Origin: Alistipes sp.
Lineage (GTDB): Bacteria; Bacteroidota; Bacteroidia; Bacteroidales; Rikenellaceae
Assembly (NCBI GenBank): GCA_045543935.1
Contig: JAZPYA010000039.1
Coordinates: 102,292 to 166,291, forward strand
Reading direction: 5' to 3'
DNA: 64,000 nucleotides
Positions 1 to 8,932 of this stretch are shown here, piece after piece. Below the pieces are notes generated by a model. That model made no database searches, was not told the origin of the DNA, and saw nothing but the letters and a program-made list of their open reading frames with translations. Position 1 is the first letter of the stretch; the number at the start of each line of letters is the position of its first letter. The position numbers and the translations under genes were made by a program.

Positions 1-1237
1 CGAGGCGTTACACTCGACCGTTATGGGTCCTGACGGACATTGGGTAGAGGTGCAGATTCGCACCCAGCGTATGGAGGATATCGCCGAGCGAGGTTTTGCT
101 GCCCATTGGAAGTATAAGAAGGCTACGCTTTCGCAAAATGATGACGCCTTCGACACTTGGCTCAAGAAGATTCGCGATGCGTTGAATAGCCCTACCGAGA
201 GTGCCGTGGAGTTCCTCGACAACTTCAAACTATCTCTCTATACCTCTGAAATTACGGTATTTACACCAAAGGGCGAACAGCGACAGTTGCCAAATGGCGC
301 AACTGCGCTCGACTTTGCATACGATATTCACACCAAGGTTGGCGATCACGCCATTGGAGCAAAGATAAACCACAAAATCGAAGCTATAACCAAGCCGTTG
401 AAGTGGGGTGACCAGATTGAGATTATCACAGCCGACAACGCCAAACCAAAGGCGGAGTGGCTCGAAATTGTAACTACCACAAAGGCGAAACAGAAGATTA
501 CAGCCTTCCTGAAGCGCGAACAGCAAAACAATATAGAAAATGGCATTGCGCTGTTTGAGAGCAAGTTGGCCGAACACGATGTCGCCATGAGTGGTAGCGT
601 GCTACGCAAAGCGATGCAGGCGTATGGTTGCAAGTACAAAGACGAATTTTACAGCCATATCGGAGCCGGCATCATCTCGTTGGATAACATCGAAAAGGTG
701 CTAAAATCCTCTTCTACGAGCAAATTATTGAAGTTTTGGAAACTTCGTCAGGATAACGACAATGAGCCTATTGACGATAATCCTAATGCTGTGGCAGATG
801 ATAGTTTCGTTATAGCCCCTTGTTGCAGTCCGCTTCCGGGGGATAATGTAGTAGGTCTCCGCGACCCTGTAACCGAGAAGATAGTTGTGCATAAAGCCAC
901 CTGCGATGAGCTTAATCGCCTCGCATCTCAATACGGCAAGAACATCATCAAAGATAAGATAAAGTGGTCGCAACACAAGGCTACAGCCTATCTTTCGACC
1001 ATAGAACTGCGCGGAATTGACCGAATGTGTATGCTGTCGGACATCACACACATTGTTTCGGACGATTTCAGCATCAATATGCGCGAGATTCACTTGCGTA
1101 GCCACGATGGCATTTTCGAGGGCAGAGTGAGTCTCTATGTACAGAGCGCAGATGCACTATACTCCTTGATGGATAAATTCCGCCAAATAAAAGGTCTCGA
1201 AAGTGTAAAGCGTATCGAGAACAACGAAATAGGGTAG
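1..1237 (+). CDS. relA: RelA/SpoT (p)ppGpp synthetase/hydrolase, C-terminal part (5' truncated by window)
   Basis: Frame open from position 2 (EALHSTVMGPDG); EVQIRT..M...AE.G.AAHWKYK synthetase motif, TGS domain (TPKGE..LP.GAT.LDFAY.IHT), CC-x-P-x-PGD zinc motif, C-terminal ACT. Confidence 0.95.
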   Translation, partial: EALHSTVMGPDGHWVEVQIRTQRMEDIAERGFAAHWKYKKATLSQNDDAFDTWLKKIRDALNSPTESAVEFLDNFKLSLYTSEITVFTPKGEQRQLPNGATALDFAYDIHTKVGDHAIGAKINHKIEAITKPLKWGDQIEIITADNAKPKAEWLEIVTTTKAKQKITAFLKREQQNNIENGIALFESKLAEHDVAMSGSVLRKAMQAYGCKYKDEFYSHIGAGIISLDNIEKVLKSSSTSKLLKFWKLRQDNDNEPIDDNPNAVADDSFVIAPCCSPLPGDNVVGLRDPVTEKIVVHKATCDELNRLASQYGKNIIKDKIKWSQHKATAYLSTIELRGIDRMCMLSDITHIVSDDFSINMREIHLRSHDGIFEGRVSLYVQSADALYSLMDKFRQIKGLESVKRIENNEIG

Positions 1238-1319
1238 AGGTTATATCAGATGCCTCAATCGCAAAATGCGACAAATCGAACATTTGAGTAAGGATATTAC
1301 ACAAACAAATAATTGATAT

Positions 1320-1706
1320 ATGGCTACAATTTTTTCAAAGATTATCTCGGGCGATATACCGAGCTATAGGGTAGGGGAGGACGAGCATTACTACGCATTC
1401 CTCGACATCAACCCACTCGCCAAAGGACACACTTTGGTTGTTTCCAAGCAGGAGGTCGATTATCTATACGACCTCGATGATGAGACTTTGCAGGGTATGA
1501 TTCTATTCGCAAAGCAAATTGCACAAAAAATCAAGGCGTTTAGCGGTTGCAAGAGGGTTGCAACGGTGGTTTTAGGACTCGAAGTACCCCACGCACACAT
1601 ACATTTAATCCCTATGAATAGCGAAAAAGATGTAGATTTCAGCCGTGAGAAGCTCGTTTTAACTCCAGAAGAGTTCTCAGAAATAGCATCGTCACTGAGA
1701 GAGTAG
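1320..1706 (+). CDS. HIT family nucleotide hydrolase
   Basis: TIFSKII, FLDINP..KGHTLV and HAHIHLIP histidine triad. Confidence 0.95.
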   Translation: MATIFSKIISGDIPSYRVGEDEHYYAFLDINPLAKGHTLVVSKQEVDYLYDLDDETLQGMILFAKQIAQKIKAFSGCKRVATVVLGLEVPHAHIHLIPMNSEKDVDFSREKLVLTPEEFSEIASSLRE

Positions 1707-1736
1707 AGGAGTTGTTAACAACTTTATAACTACCTA

Positions 1737-1772
1737 AAATGCAGGACAATACATTGTGTATATCCTGCATTT
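1737..1772 (+). terminator. Hairpin downstream of HIT gene
   Basis: AAATGCAGGA / TCCTGCATTT inverted repeat. Confidence 0.55.
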
Positions 1773-1890
1773 ATCGTATCTATATTTAACATAATATAGT
1801 CGGATTTCCTCGAACAAAGCAGGGTAGGGTAGCAGACATTCCGCCACATCTTCAAAAAACCATAATTTTCACTTTTTTTACACTATCTAT

Positions 1891-2360
1891 TTACATATGT
1901 AAAGTAAGATACGGTAAATAATATAGGCATTATTAACATATGTAATGTACAAGGATTGTTAATAATGCTAATTTTAATTACATCTGTAAAGAATACAAGA
2001 GATAGAGTTATCACCCATTTCGCGCCTAATTTGAGGCTGTTCATATATTGAATTATTATAATCTTTTACGCTCATTATCAGCAATTTATCAATTTTATAT
2101 AAACTTAATTACACCATATAAAGCATGGTCAATTACTATTTATCTGCGCAGACACATAATTAAACATATAATCATATGCAACATAGTTATTAATCAGCAT
2201 TTTAACATCTAATATATAAAGTAAAATATAATATGAACGATACTCGGACATTTAACCATTTCTAAACTATTAACAATTGTAACAGTTATTAACACTTATT
2301 AACATTTTACATTTGTAAGATTTAATTTGTTGATATTGTAAATTTTTATTACCTTTGTAA
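1891..2360. promoter_or_regulatory. AT-rich regulatory region with TTACAnnTGTAA palindromes, TTATTAACA (DnaA-box-like) motifs and the TACCTTTG promoter of the XRE gene
   Basis: Palindrome copies at 1891, 1934 (1 mismatch), 1978, 2307, 2349 (1 mismatch, overlaps -7 box); TTATTAACA or its reverse complement at 1930, 1957, 2286, 2296. Confidence 0.6.
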
Positions 2361-2372
2361 AAACTTACGAAA

Positions 2373-2792
2373 ATGAACGAAAAATTGCGTATTTTGATGC
2401 AAAATGAGAATTTAACAGCAAGCAGGCTTGCTGAAATTCTCGAAGTAAAGCCGGCAGCGATATCTCATATTTTGAGTGGGCGCAACAAACCAAGCTTTGA
2501 ATTGTTGTGTAAAATTGTCAATCGCTTTCCGCAGATCAACCCTTACTGGTTACTCGGTGATGCGGAGGAGATGCGCAATATGAATGTTCCTATTTCGACA
2601 TCAGAGAGTCAAGCTCCGGCATCGGGAACTCTCTTCGATTTATCGAATGGCTCGCCAGACAAAAGCGACAATTCGGATATTGGACAAAACTCTCAAATCA
2701 CCTCAATCGCGCAACTCGGTCGCTCCGATATCGAAAAAATTATTATAGTCTATCACGACCAGACCTTCGAGGAGTTGCGACCAAAGAGATAG
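2373..2792 (+). CDS. XRE-family HTH regulator conserved in Bacteroidota
   Basis: LTASRLAEILEVKPAAISHILSGRNKPS HTH; C-terminal IEKIIIVYHDQTFEEL motif. Confidence 0.9.
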   Translation: MNEKLRILMQNENLTASRLAEILEVKPAAISHILSGRNKPSFELLCKIVNRFPQINPYWLLGDAEEMRNMNVPISTSESQAPASGTLFDLSNGSPDKSDNSDIGQNSQITSIAQLGRSDIEKIIIVYHDQTFEELRPKR

Positions 2793-3085
2793 CAAAGACC
2801 TGCAACGATATCGACAAAAAATATGGGAGGGGGTAACAAGTTTTTAGACATTCCCATTATACATAAGGTAAATTTAGCCCTATTTTTGACAAAATTTACG
2901 GACAATCTACCGCTTTTTCTAAAATATGCGATTCTCGAGAGGTTAAACTATCCTCAAAATACAGCGTAACTCACTGTATTTCAATCGAAAGTAATCATAC
3001 TATCCTAATACGCGCAACTTTTTCAAATAAGTATAAAGCGAGATATTGCACCAATCTTTTCAAATTATTTTTATCTTTGTAGCAG

Positions 3086-3171
3086 AAAAGAGGAGGTTAA
3101 GTCGGGAGCCCCCATATTGCAACATAGAAATGAGCAATTGATAGTGTATCTCCCCCACACCACCCTCTTTT
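3086..3171 (+). ncRNA. Candidate small rod-like RNA or structured leader upstream of znuA
   Basis: TATCTTTG promoter at 3072; nested pairings AAAAGAGG/CCTCTTTT, GGGAG/CTCCC, ATTGC/GCAAT. Confidence 0.3.
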
Positions 3172-3177
3172 ACGCTT

Positions 3178-3205
3178 GTTGTGTAATATGTATATTATGT
3201 TAAAT
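3178..3205 (+). other. dif: Chromosomal dif site (XerC/XerD recombination site)
   Basis: GTTGTGTAATA-TGTATA-TTATGTTAAAT; central region and XerD arm are identical (17/17) to E. coli dif GGTGCGCATAA-TGTATA-TTATGTTAAAT. Confidence 0.85.
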
Positions 3206-3226
3206 TATATTTATAAATAATTGTGT

Positions 3227-4096
3227 ATGAATAAGTTAAGGGCGATTACAGCTATTTTTGCTATATTTTTATTTATCGGGTGCGCCGAACGAAAAGTTGT
3301 TGTTGAAAATCGTGCTATCGTTTCGATTGCGCCACTTAAACCTCTGGTGGAGAATATTTTAGGTGACGACTTCGATATTACCGTGCTTGTTCCGCAAGGA
3401 GCCTCACCCGAAACATTTGAGCCTACGCCAAAGCAACTGCGCGAGGTCGAAACTGCTCGCTTTGTTTTCGGTACAGGTCTGCTCGAATTTGAACAGGAGT
3501 TACTCCACCGTATTGCCCGTAACGAGCAGATTATTAACCTATCACACGGCATAGAACTTCTCGCCGGCACTTGTTCGCATGCACATCATGTACACCACGA
3601 CCACTCATGCGGACACGCTCACGGTATAGACCCGCATATTTGGTGTTCGCCAAAGGCTCTCGGCAAGATGGCAGAGAATACATACAACGCCATTGCTCGC
3701 GAAATGCCCGATTCGACAAAGTATGGAGAGCGCTATACCGCCTTATGTATCAAGTTGTTAGAACTTGACGAGGAAGTTACGGAGTTGTGTCGTCAGTCGC
3801 CTCATTCAACCTTTTTCATCTACCACCCTGCCCTGACCTATCTCGCTCGCGACTACGGTCTTACTCAGGTCGCTGTAGAACACGAAGGCAAAGAGCCCAG
3901 CGCAAAACATCTCTCTCGTATCATCGAGCAGGCACGCGCAGAGGGGGTAAAACACATCTTCTATCAGTCGGAATTTCCGGCATCATCAGTTGAGGTAATC
4001 TGCAATGATATTGGTGCTACCGCAGTGGAAATCAACCCATTAGAGGAAGATATTTTCGAGAATATCCGTCATATTGTAACCCTAATTACCGAATAA
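3227..4096 (+). CDS. znuA: Zn/Mn ABC transporter substrate-binding lipoprotein
   Basis: Lipobox FIGC, ASPETFEP, His-rich loop, DPHIW, YHPA, EHEGKEPS. Confidence 0.9.
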   Translation: MNKLRAITAIFAIFLFIGCAERKVVVENRAIVSIAPLKPLVENILGDDFDITVLVPQGASPETFEPTPKQLREVETARFVFGTGLLEFEQELLHRIARNEQIINLSHGIELLAGTCSHAHHVHHDHSCGHAHGIDPHIWCSPKALGKMAENTYNAIAREMPDSTKYGERYTALCIKLLELDEEVTELCRQSPHSTFFIYHPALTYLARDYGLTQVAVEHEGKEPSAKHLSRIIEQARAEGVKHIFYQSEFPASSVEVICNDIGATAVEINPLEEDIFENIRHIVTLITE

Positions 4097-4098
4097 CG

Positions 4099-4848
4099 AT
4101 GGAGTCGCTTGTTTCGCTGAAAAATGTATCGGTGCAGTACGATGAAACGACTGCATTGGAGGGGGTATCGCTGAATATCTATCCCGATGATTTTCTGGGA
4201 ATTATAGGTCCAAATGGCGGAGGTAAAACCACCCTCGTAAAGGCTATTTTAGGCACGATTCCGCACAGTGGAGAGATTTCGTACTCCCCTACCCTTTCGG
4301 AGCGCGGACATCGTCTTATCGGCTATCTGCCACAGCAAGCGGAGTTTGATCGTTCCTTTCCGATCTCGGTAATCGAGGTTGTAATGTCGGGCTTGCAAGC
4401 CGAAAAAGGGCTTATCAAACGCTACACCACCACCGACCGTAAGCGCGCTATGGAGTTGCTCGAAATAGCTGGCATTGAGTCAATTGCAGAGCGACAGATA
4501 AGCGAGATTTCGGGCGGTCAGATGCAACGCGCATTGCTCTGTCGTGCTGTGATTTTAGAGCCAAATTTGCTTATTCTTGACGAGCCAACCAACTTTGTGG
4601 ATAATCAATTCGAGAACGAACTCTACACCCTACTCCATCGCTTAAACGAGCGTATGGCGATAGTTATGGTATCGCACGACCTTGGAACAATCACAAGCGT
4701 TGTAAAGAGTATTGTTTGCGTAAATCGCACCGTGCATCGCCACGATTCAAATATCATAACTGCCGAACAATTAGAGAATTACCACTGCCCTATTCAGATA
4801 ATTTCGCACGGGCATATACCTCATACAGTCTTGGAACACCATCACTAA
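4099..4848 (+). CDS. znuC: Metal ABC transporter ATP-binding protein
   Basis: GPNGGGKT, ISGGQMQR, LDEPT; His-rich C-terminus. Confidence 0.92.
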   Translation: MESLVSLKNVSVQYDETTALEGVSLNIYPDDFLGIIGPNGGGKTTLVKAILGTIPHSGEISYSPTLSERGHRLIGYLPQQAEFDRSFPISVIEVVMSGLQAEKGLIKRYTTTDRKRAMELLEIAGIESIAERQISEISGGQMQRALLCRAVILEPNLLILDEPTNFVDNQFENELYTLLHRLNERMAIVMVSHDLGTITSVVKSIVCVNRTVHRHDSNIITAEQLENYHCPIQIISHGHIPHTVLEHHH

Positions 4849-4868
4849 AAGGGAACTTATGAAACAAA

Positions 4869-4896
4869 AAAGCAGCACGAGAAATCGTGCTGCTTT
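4869..4896. terminator. Bidirectional intrinsic terminator between znuC and tsf
   Basis: AAAGCAGCACGA-GAAA-TCGTGCTGCTTT perfect hairpin between convergent genes. Confidence 0.85.
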
Positions 4897-4916
4897 CGTA
4901 TTGGGATTTGCCCTGA

Positions 4917-5918
4917 TTAGTCAGAAAGCGATACTCGCTTGAATACGAGAACCTTAGCCTCTGCGTCAGTTGCCTTGATAATATCCTTAACAGGAGTCTT
5001 GCCATCGCCCATCTGATAGCCCTGCTCCTCGAGAGTATTCTCCTTGAGGAACTTCTGAACACGACCCTTAGCGATGTTCTCAATCATCTGCATATTGAGG
5101 TTTGCAGCCTTAGCCTCGCCTACGGTCTTGATAATCTCGCGAGCCTGAGCTGCCTGCTCTGCAGTAATCCAGCCCTTCGACTGATTCGACTCGATGTGAT
5201 CCTCGCTATCAACGTGTGCAGGGTTGATACCAGCCTTTGTGAGAGCTGCGTTGATATCCTTCTGGATAAGCTCTGCCTTGGTCTTCTCAACAGCAGTCTT
5301 GAACTCTGCATCGAGAACGCTCTGCTCAACATTTGCAGCCGATACAGCTACAGGGTTCATCGAAGCAACCTGCATTGCTACACCCTTAGCTACCTGTGCA
5401 TCAAGCTCCTTATTGAAGCCTACAACAGCAGCAAGTTTGCCGGTGATTACGTGCATATAAGCCGAAATGAATGGAGCCTCGATAGCCTCATAACCTGCAA
5501 CTACGTGCTTCTCACCAGTCTGACCTGTCAACTCTGTAACAGCAGCCTCAACGGTGCGACCATCTGCGAGTGTGCAAGCCATAAGAGCCTCCTTATCAGC
5601 AGGGAAGTGAGTGATAGCCGCCTCAGCGATAGCCTGTGCAAGTGCCTGGAAGTCAGCATTCTTAGCAACGAAGTCAGTCTCACAACCAAGACCTACGATG
5701 ATAGCCTTTCCATCCTGAATCTTTGCAACAACAGCACCCTCAGAGGTCTCGCGGTCAGCACGCTTTGCTGCTACGAGCTTACCCTTCTCCTTGATGATCT
5801 CCTTTGCACGATCAAAATCGCCCTCCGACTCAACAAGAGCCTTCTTGCAATCCATCATACCGGCACCGGTCATCTTACGCAACTTCATTACATCAGCTGC
5901 CTTAATCTCTATTGCCAT
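4917..5918 (-). CDS. tsf: Elongation factor Ts (long Bacteroidales form)
   Basis: LRKMTGAGMMDCKKAL, CETDFVAKN. Confidence 0.97.
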   Translation of the reverse strand: MAIEIKAADVMKLRKMTGAGMMDCKKALVESEGDFDRAKEIIKEKGKLVAAKRADRETSEGAVVAKIQDGKAIIVGLGCETDFVAKNADFQALAQAIAEAAITHFPADKEALMACTLADGRTVEAAVTELTGQTGEKHVVAGYEAIEAPFISAYMHVITGKLAAVVGFNKELDAQVAKGVAMQVASMNPVAVSAANVEQSVLDAEFKTAVEKTKAELIQKDINAALTKAGINPAHVDSEDHIESNQSKGWITAEQAAQAREIIKTVGEAKAANLNMQMIENIAKGRVQKFLKENTLEEQGYQMGDGKTPVKDIIKATDAEAKVLVFKRVSLSD

Positions 5919-5945
5919 AGTTTTTTCTCTTTTCTTGGTTAATAA

Positions 5946-6797
5946 TTACTCTGCCTTTGCCTCTTCAACAGCTGCAACAACCTCTGCTGCAACAGCCTCC
6001 TCTGCATCAACCGAAGCCTTTACGCTCTTCTTGATACGAGTCTTGGCAGGTTTCTTTGCAGGAGCCTCTGTATTAGCCTCAGCCTCAACAGCCTCCTTCT
6101 CCTTCTCGAGCTTGCGCTCCTCGATACCCTCAGCGATAGCACCACATACAGTGTCGAGAATCAAAGCGATTGACTTTGTAGCATCGTCATTTGCAGGGAT
6201 TACATAATCGATGTCGGTTGGATCACAACAAGTATCTACCATTGCAAATACCGGAATATTCAAACGCTTTGCCTCCTTAACAGCATTCTGCTCTTTCTGC
6301 ACATCGATTACGAACAATGCAGCCGGAAGGCGAGTAAGGTCAGCGATAGAACCAAGGTTCTTCTCCAATTTAGCACGCTGACGCGAAATCTGTAACTTCT
6401 CACGCTTCGAGAAGTTCTCGAAAAGGCCGTCTGCCATCTGCTTGTCGATGGTAGCCATCTTCTTGACAGCACGGCGTATAGTTGGGAAGTTTGTAAGCAT
6501 ACCGCCAGCCCAACGCTCTGTAACATAAGGCATTCCTACGGTAGCTACTTTCTCGGCAACAACCTCCTTTGCTTGTTTCTTGGTTGCAACGAACAACACA
6601 CGGCGACCGCTCTTTGCGATGTTCTTGAGTGCTGCTGCTGCCTCATCCAACTTCACTACTGTCTTGTGAAGGTCGATGATATGGATGCCGTTCTTCTCCA
6701 TAAAGATATATGGAGCCATTTTAGGATTCCACTTGCGCTTCAAGTGACCGAAATGAACGCCAGCCTCCAATAATGTATTAAAATCTGTTCTAGACAT
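5946..6797 (-). CDS. rpsB: 30S ribosomal protein S2
   Basis: [35 protein letters not shown]. Confidence 0.98.
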   Translation of the reverse strand: MSRTDFNTLLEAGVHFGHLKRKWNPKMAPYIFMEKNGIHIIDLHKTVVKLDEAAAALKNIAKSGRRVLFVATKKQAKEVVAEKVATVGMPYVTERWAGGMLTNFPTIRRAVKKMATIDKQMADGLFENFSKREKLQISRQRAKLEKNLGSIADLTRLPAALFVIDVQKEQNAVKEAKRLNIPVFAMVDTCCDPTDIDYVIPANDDATKSIALILDTVCGAIAEGIEERKLEKEKEAVEAEANTEAPAKKPAKTRIKKSVKASVDAEEAVAAEVVAAVEEAKAE

Positions 6798-6912
6798 TTT
6801 AGTTTCTTTTTTTTGTAATTTTAATTTCTCTTTTCTTCAACTCTCGCGGTAGTGACCTTGTCAATCCGAAGAGTTTTCCGCGACAGGGCAAGTAGCAAAG
6901 TAGCACTTTTTT

Positions 6913-6947
6913 CTAACCATTAGCTATTAGCCATTGGCCATTAGCTC
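6913..6947. repeat. Heptamer array, TTAGCCA/TTAGCTA family
   Basis: ctaacca ttagcta ttagcca ttggcca ttagctc in the rpsI-rpsB spacer. Confidence 0.85.
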
Positions 6948-7038
6948 TATATAATAATATAAGTATAAGTGGTCTTGCTGACTTTCGTAAACCCTTGTCG
7001 TGCTTTGCCGATTTGTTAGTCTGCTTGCGAAATAAAAA

Positions 7039-7425
7039 TTAACGCTTGCTGAACTGGAACTTACGACGTGCACCAGGCTGTCCCGGCTTCTTACGCTCAA
7101 CCTCACGGGCATCACGAGTAAGGAATCCGTTCTTTTTCAAAACAGGACGATACTCTGCGTTAATCTCGCACAATGCGCGAGCGATACCCATACGAGCGGC
7201 CTCTGCCTGACCCTTGATACCACCACCTACGAGGTTTACAACAACATCGTAAGCCTCAGCAGTCTCGGTTACGAGCAATGGCTGCTTAACCTCGTACTGC
7301 AAGATGTTCAATGGGAAATAGACATCGAGAGCCTTGTGGTTGATTGTAATGTTACCAGTTCCCGGCTTCACGAATACGCGAGCTACAGCTGCCTTACGGC
7401 GACCAACTGTGTTTACAACTTCCAT
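7039..7425 (-). CDS. rpsI: 30S ribosomal protein S9
   Basis: [10 protein letters not shown] ... [18 protein letters not shown]. Confidence 0.98.
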   Translation of the reverse strand: MEVVNTVGRRKAAVARVFVKPGTGNITINHKALDVYFPLNILQYEVKQPLLVTETAEAYDVVVNLVGGGIKGQAEAARMGIARALCEINAEYRPVLKKNGFLTRDAREVERKKPGQPGARRKFQFSKR

Positions 7426-7430
7426 AATTC

Positions 7431-7886
7431 TTACTTAATCTCGTTTAACTTAATTTGCTTTGGGTTCTGAGCTGCGTGCGGATGCTCTGCACCAGCATAA
7501 ACCTTCAAGTTTTTGATAATAGCCTCTCCAAGACGAGTCTTTGGCAACATACCGCGAACTGCCTCTTCGATTACGAACTCAGGTTTCTTTGCCAAATATA
7601 AGGCAGGAGTAGCGAAACGCTGACCACCCGGATAACCGGTGTGGCGGACATAGACCTTGTCGGTCAACTTCTTACCAGTGAGCTTCACCTTCTCGGCGTT
7701 CACAACGATAACATAGTCACCGCAGTCAACGTGAGGGGTGTAGCCCGGCTTGTTCTTACCGCAGAGAATCTTAGCGACCTGCGAAGCCAAGCGACCCAAT
7801 ACCTCGTTGGTAGCGTCAATGACAACCCACTCCTTGTTGACTGTTTCAGCATTCAACGAGATAGTTTTGTAACTTAATGAATCCAT
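7431..7886 (-). CDS. rplM: 50S ribosomal protein L13
   Basis: W.VIDA...[28 protein letters not shown]. Confidence 0.98.
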   Translation of the reverse strand: MDSLSYKTISLNAETVNKEWVVIDATNEVLGRLASQVAKILCGKNKPGYTPHVDCGDYVIVVNAEKVKLTGKKLTDKVYVRHTGYPGGQRFATPALYLAKKPEFVIEEAVRGMLPKTRLGEAIIKNLKVYAGAEHPHAAQNPKQIKLNEIK

Positions 7887-7938
7887 CTAATACTTGTTAA
7901 AAAATTTATGTAATCCAACCTCGCACTTTGCGAGTGCG

Positions 7939-7946
7939 CAAAGGTA
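7939..7946 (-). promoter_or_regulatory. Bacteroidota -7 promoter box of the rplM operon
   Basis: TACCTTTG on minus strand followed by the GCACTCGCAAAGTGC leader hairpin. Confidence 0.75.
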
Positions 7947-8007
7947 CGAAGATTTTTTGAATTACACAACTTTTTTAATAATTAAAAAAACATAAAGTTT
8001 TTATCTG

Positions 8008-8028
8008 TTAGCCATTAGCTATTAGCAG
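8008..8028. repeat. Heptamer array, TTAGCCA/TTAGCTA family
   Basis: ttagcca ttagcta ttagcag. Confidence 0.75.
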
Positions 8029-8077
8029 TTTTTTTGTGCCGTGCTTGATCGCATTACACAGATACTCCCCCCACAAA

Positions 8078-8257
8078 CACGGGTATCGAAAACGATACCC
8101 GGCACAAAAGGGGACACACACCATACGCCCAATCAAGCCCACACCTAAAAAAAACACGGGTATCGAAAACAATACCCGGCACAAAAGGGGACACACGCCA
8201 CACGCCCAATCAAGCCCACACCTAAAAAAATACGGGTATCGAAAACGATACCCGGCA
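8078..8257. repeat. About 76-77 bp tandem repeat carrying three GGGTATCG-AAAA-CGATACCC hairpins (REP-like)
   Basis: Hairpins start at 8081, 8158 (1 mismatch), 8234; the two linkers are nearly identical. Confidence 0.9.
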
Positions 8258-8271
8258 ATAATATAGAAGCG

Positions 8272-8316
8272 TTCTTAATTCTTAATTCTTAATTCTTAAT
8301 TTTTAATTCTCAATTC
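8272..8316. repeat. Heptamer array, TTCTTAA/TTTTTAA/TTCTCAA family
   Basis: Six tandem units directly after the stop codon of the 8319-8831 gene. Confidence 0.9.
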
Positions 8317-8318
8317 CC

Positions 8319-8831
8319 CTACAAGTATCCCTTCATCTTGTCTGGTTCGGCACAGGCGATAACGATATTTTTATCGTTCCACTTGCGGATAAGGAAGAGA
8401 TTTTCCGAGCCGGTGGCATAGAGCGAAAACGAGCCGATACTGCGAGTGTAGTACTTACCATAGTAGCCGAACAAGCCACCTACCCCACAAGTACGAATTG
8501 CGCCACGCATAGCATTTGCGGGCAGTTGCTCCACGCTCTTTATCTCCTCTCGATTTATCACAACACTCTGATAGCGGCGCAAGATAACAATCTGATTCTC
8601 TCCTATCTCCAGACGCTGCGGAGCCAGCCCCTCGCACGCCAACATCGTGGGCAACATTATGAGATTGAAGACGATAAGCCCTACCAACGACTCTGTATTT
8701 CCTGCTTGTGTAAATATCTCATAGAGCATAAACGCAGATACGCCCACCCAAAGGATAAAGAAGGAGAAGGTTATCACCCACACACTCTTGCTCCACACAA
8801 ACGGCACGGTATAGAACTGCTTTTTACTCAT
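8319..8831 (-). CDS. Membrane protein with bacterial PH-like domain
   Basis: Two N-terminal TM segments; RTCGVGGLFGYYGKY motif. Confidence 0.75.
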   Translation of the reverse strand: MSKKQFYTVPFVWSKSVWVITFSFFILWVGVSAFMLYEIFTQAGNTESLVGLIVFNLIMLPTMLACEGLAPQRLEIGENQIVILRRYQSVVINREEIKSVEQLPANAMRGAIRTCGVGGLFGYYGKYYTRSIGSFSLYATGSENLFLIRKWNDKNIVIACAEPDKMKGYL

Positions 8832-8845
8832 AATTTTTTTGGCTT

Positions 8846-8925
8846 TTAGCCATTAGCCATTAGCTATTATTTTTAATTTTTAATTTTTAATCCTCAATTC
8901 TCAATCCTCAATCCTCAATTTAATG
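8846..8925. repeat. Compound heptamer array (TTAGCCA x3, then TTTTTAA/CTCAATC units)
   Basis: ttagcca ttagcca ttagcta ... ttttaat ttttaat cctcaat tctcaat cctcaat cctcaat. Confidence 0.9.
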
Positions 8926-8932
8926 CTCCGCA

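Noticed and set aside
1707-2372. oriC
   Set aside because: AT-rich with DnaA-box-like motifs, but a near-perfect dif lies 0.8 kb away and flanking gene orientation converges on this locus; kept only as a regulatory finding.
3227-4848. Missing znuB permease as an anomaly
   Set aside because: A split znuAC/znuB arrangement is, to my knowledge, ordinary in Bacteroidales.
8078-8257. CRISPR array
   Set aside because: The 'spacers' are near-identical copies, there are only three repeats, and no cas genes are in the window.
8008-8266. Small ORFs 8008-8196 and 8036-8266
   Set aside because: Translations of the tandem repeat.
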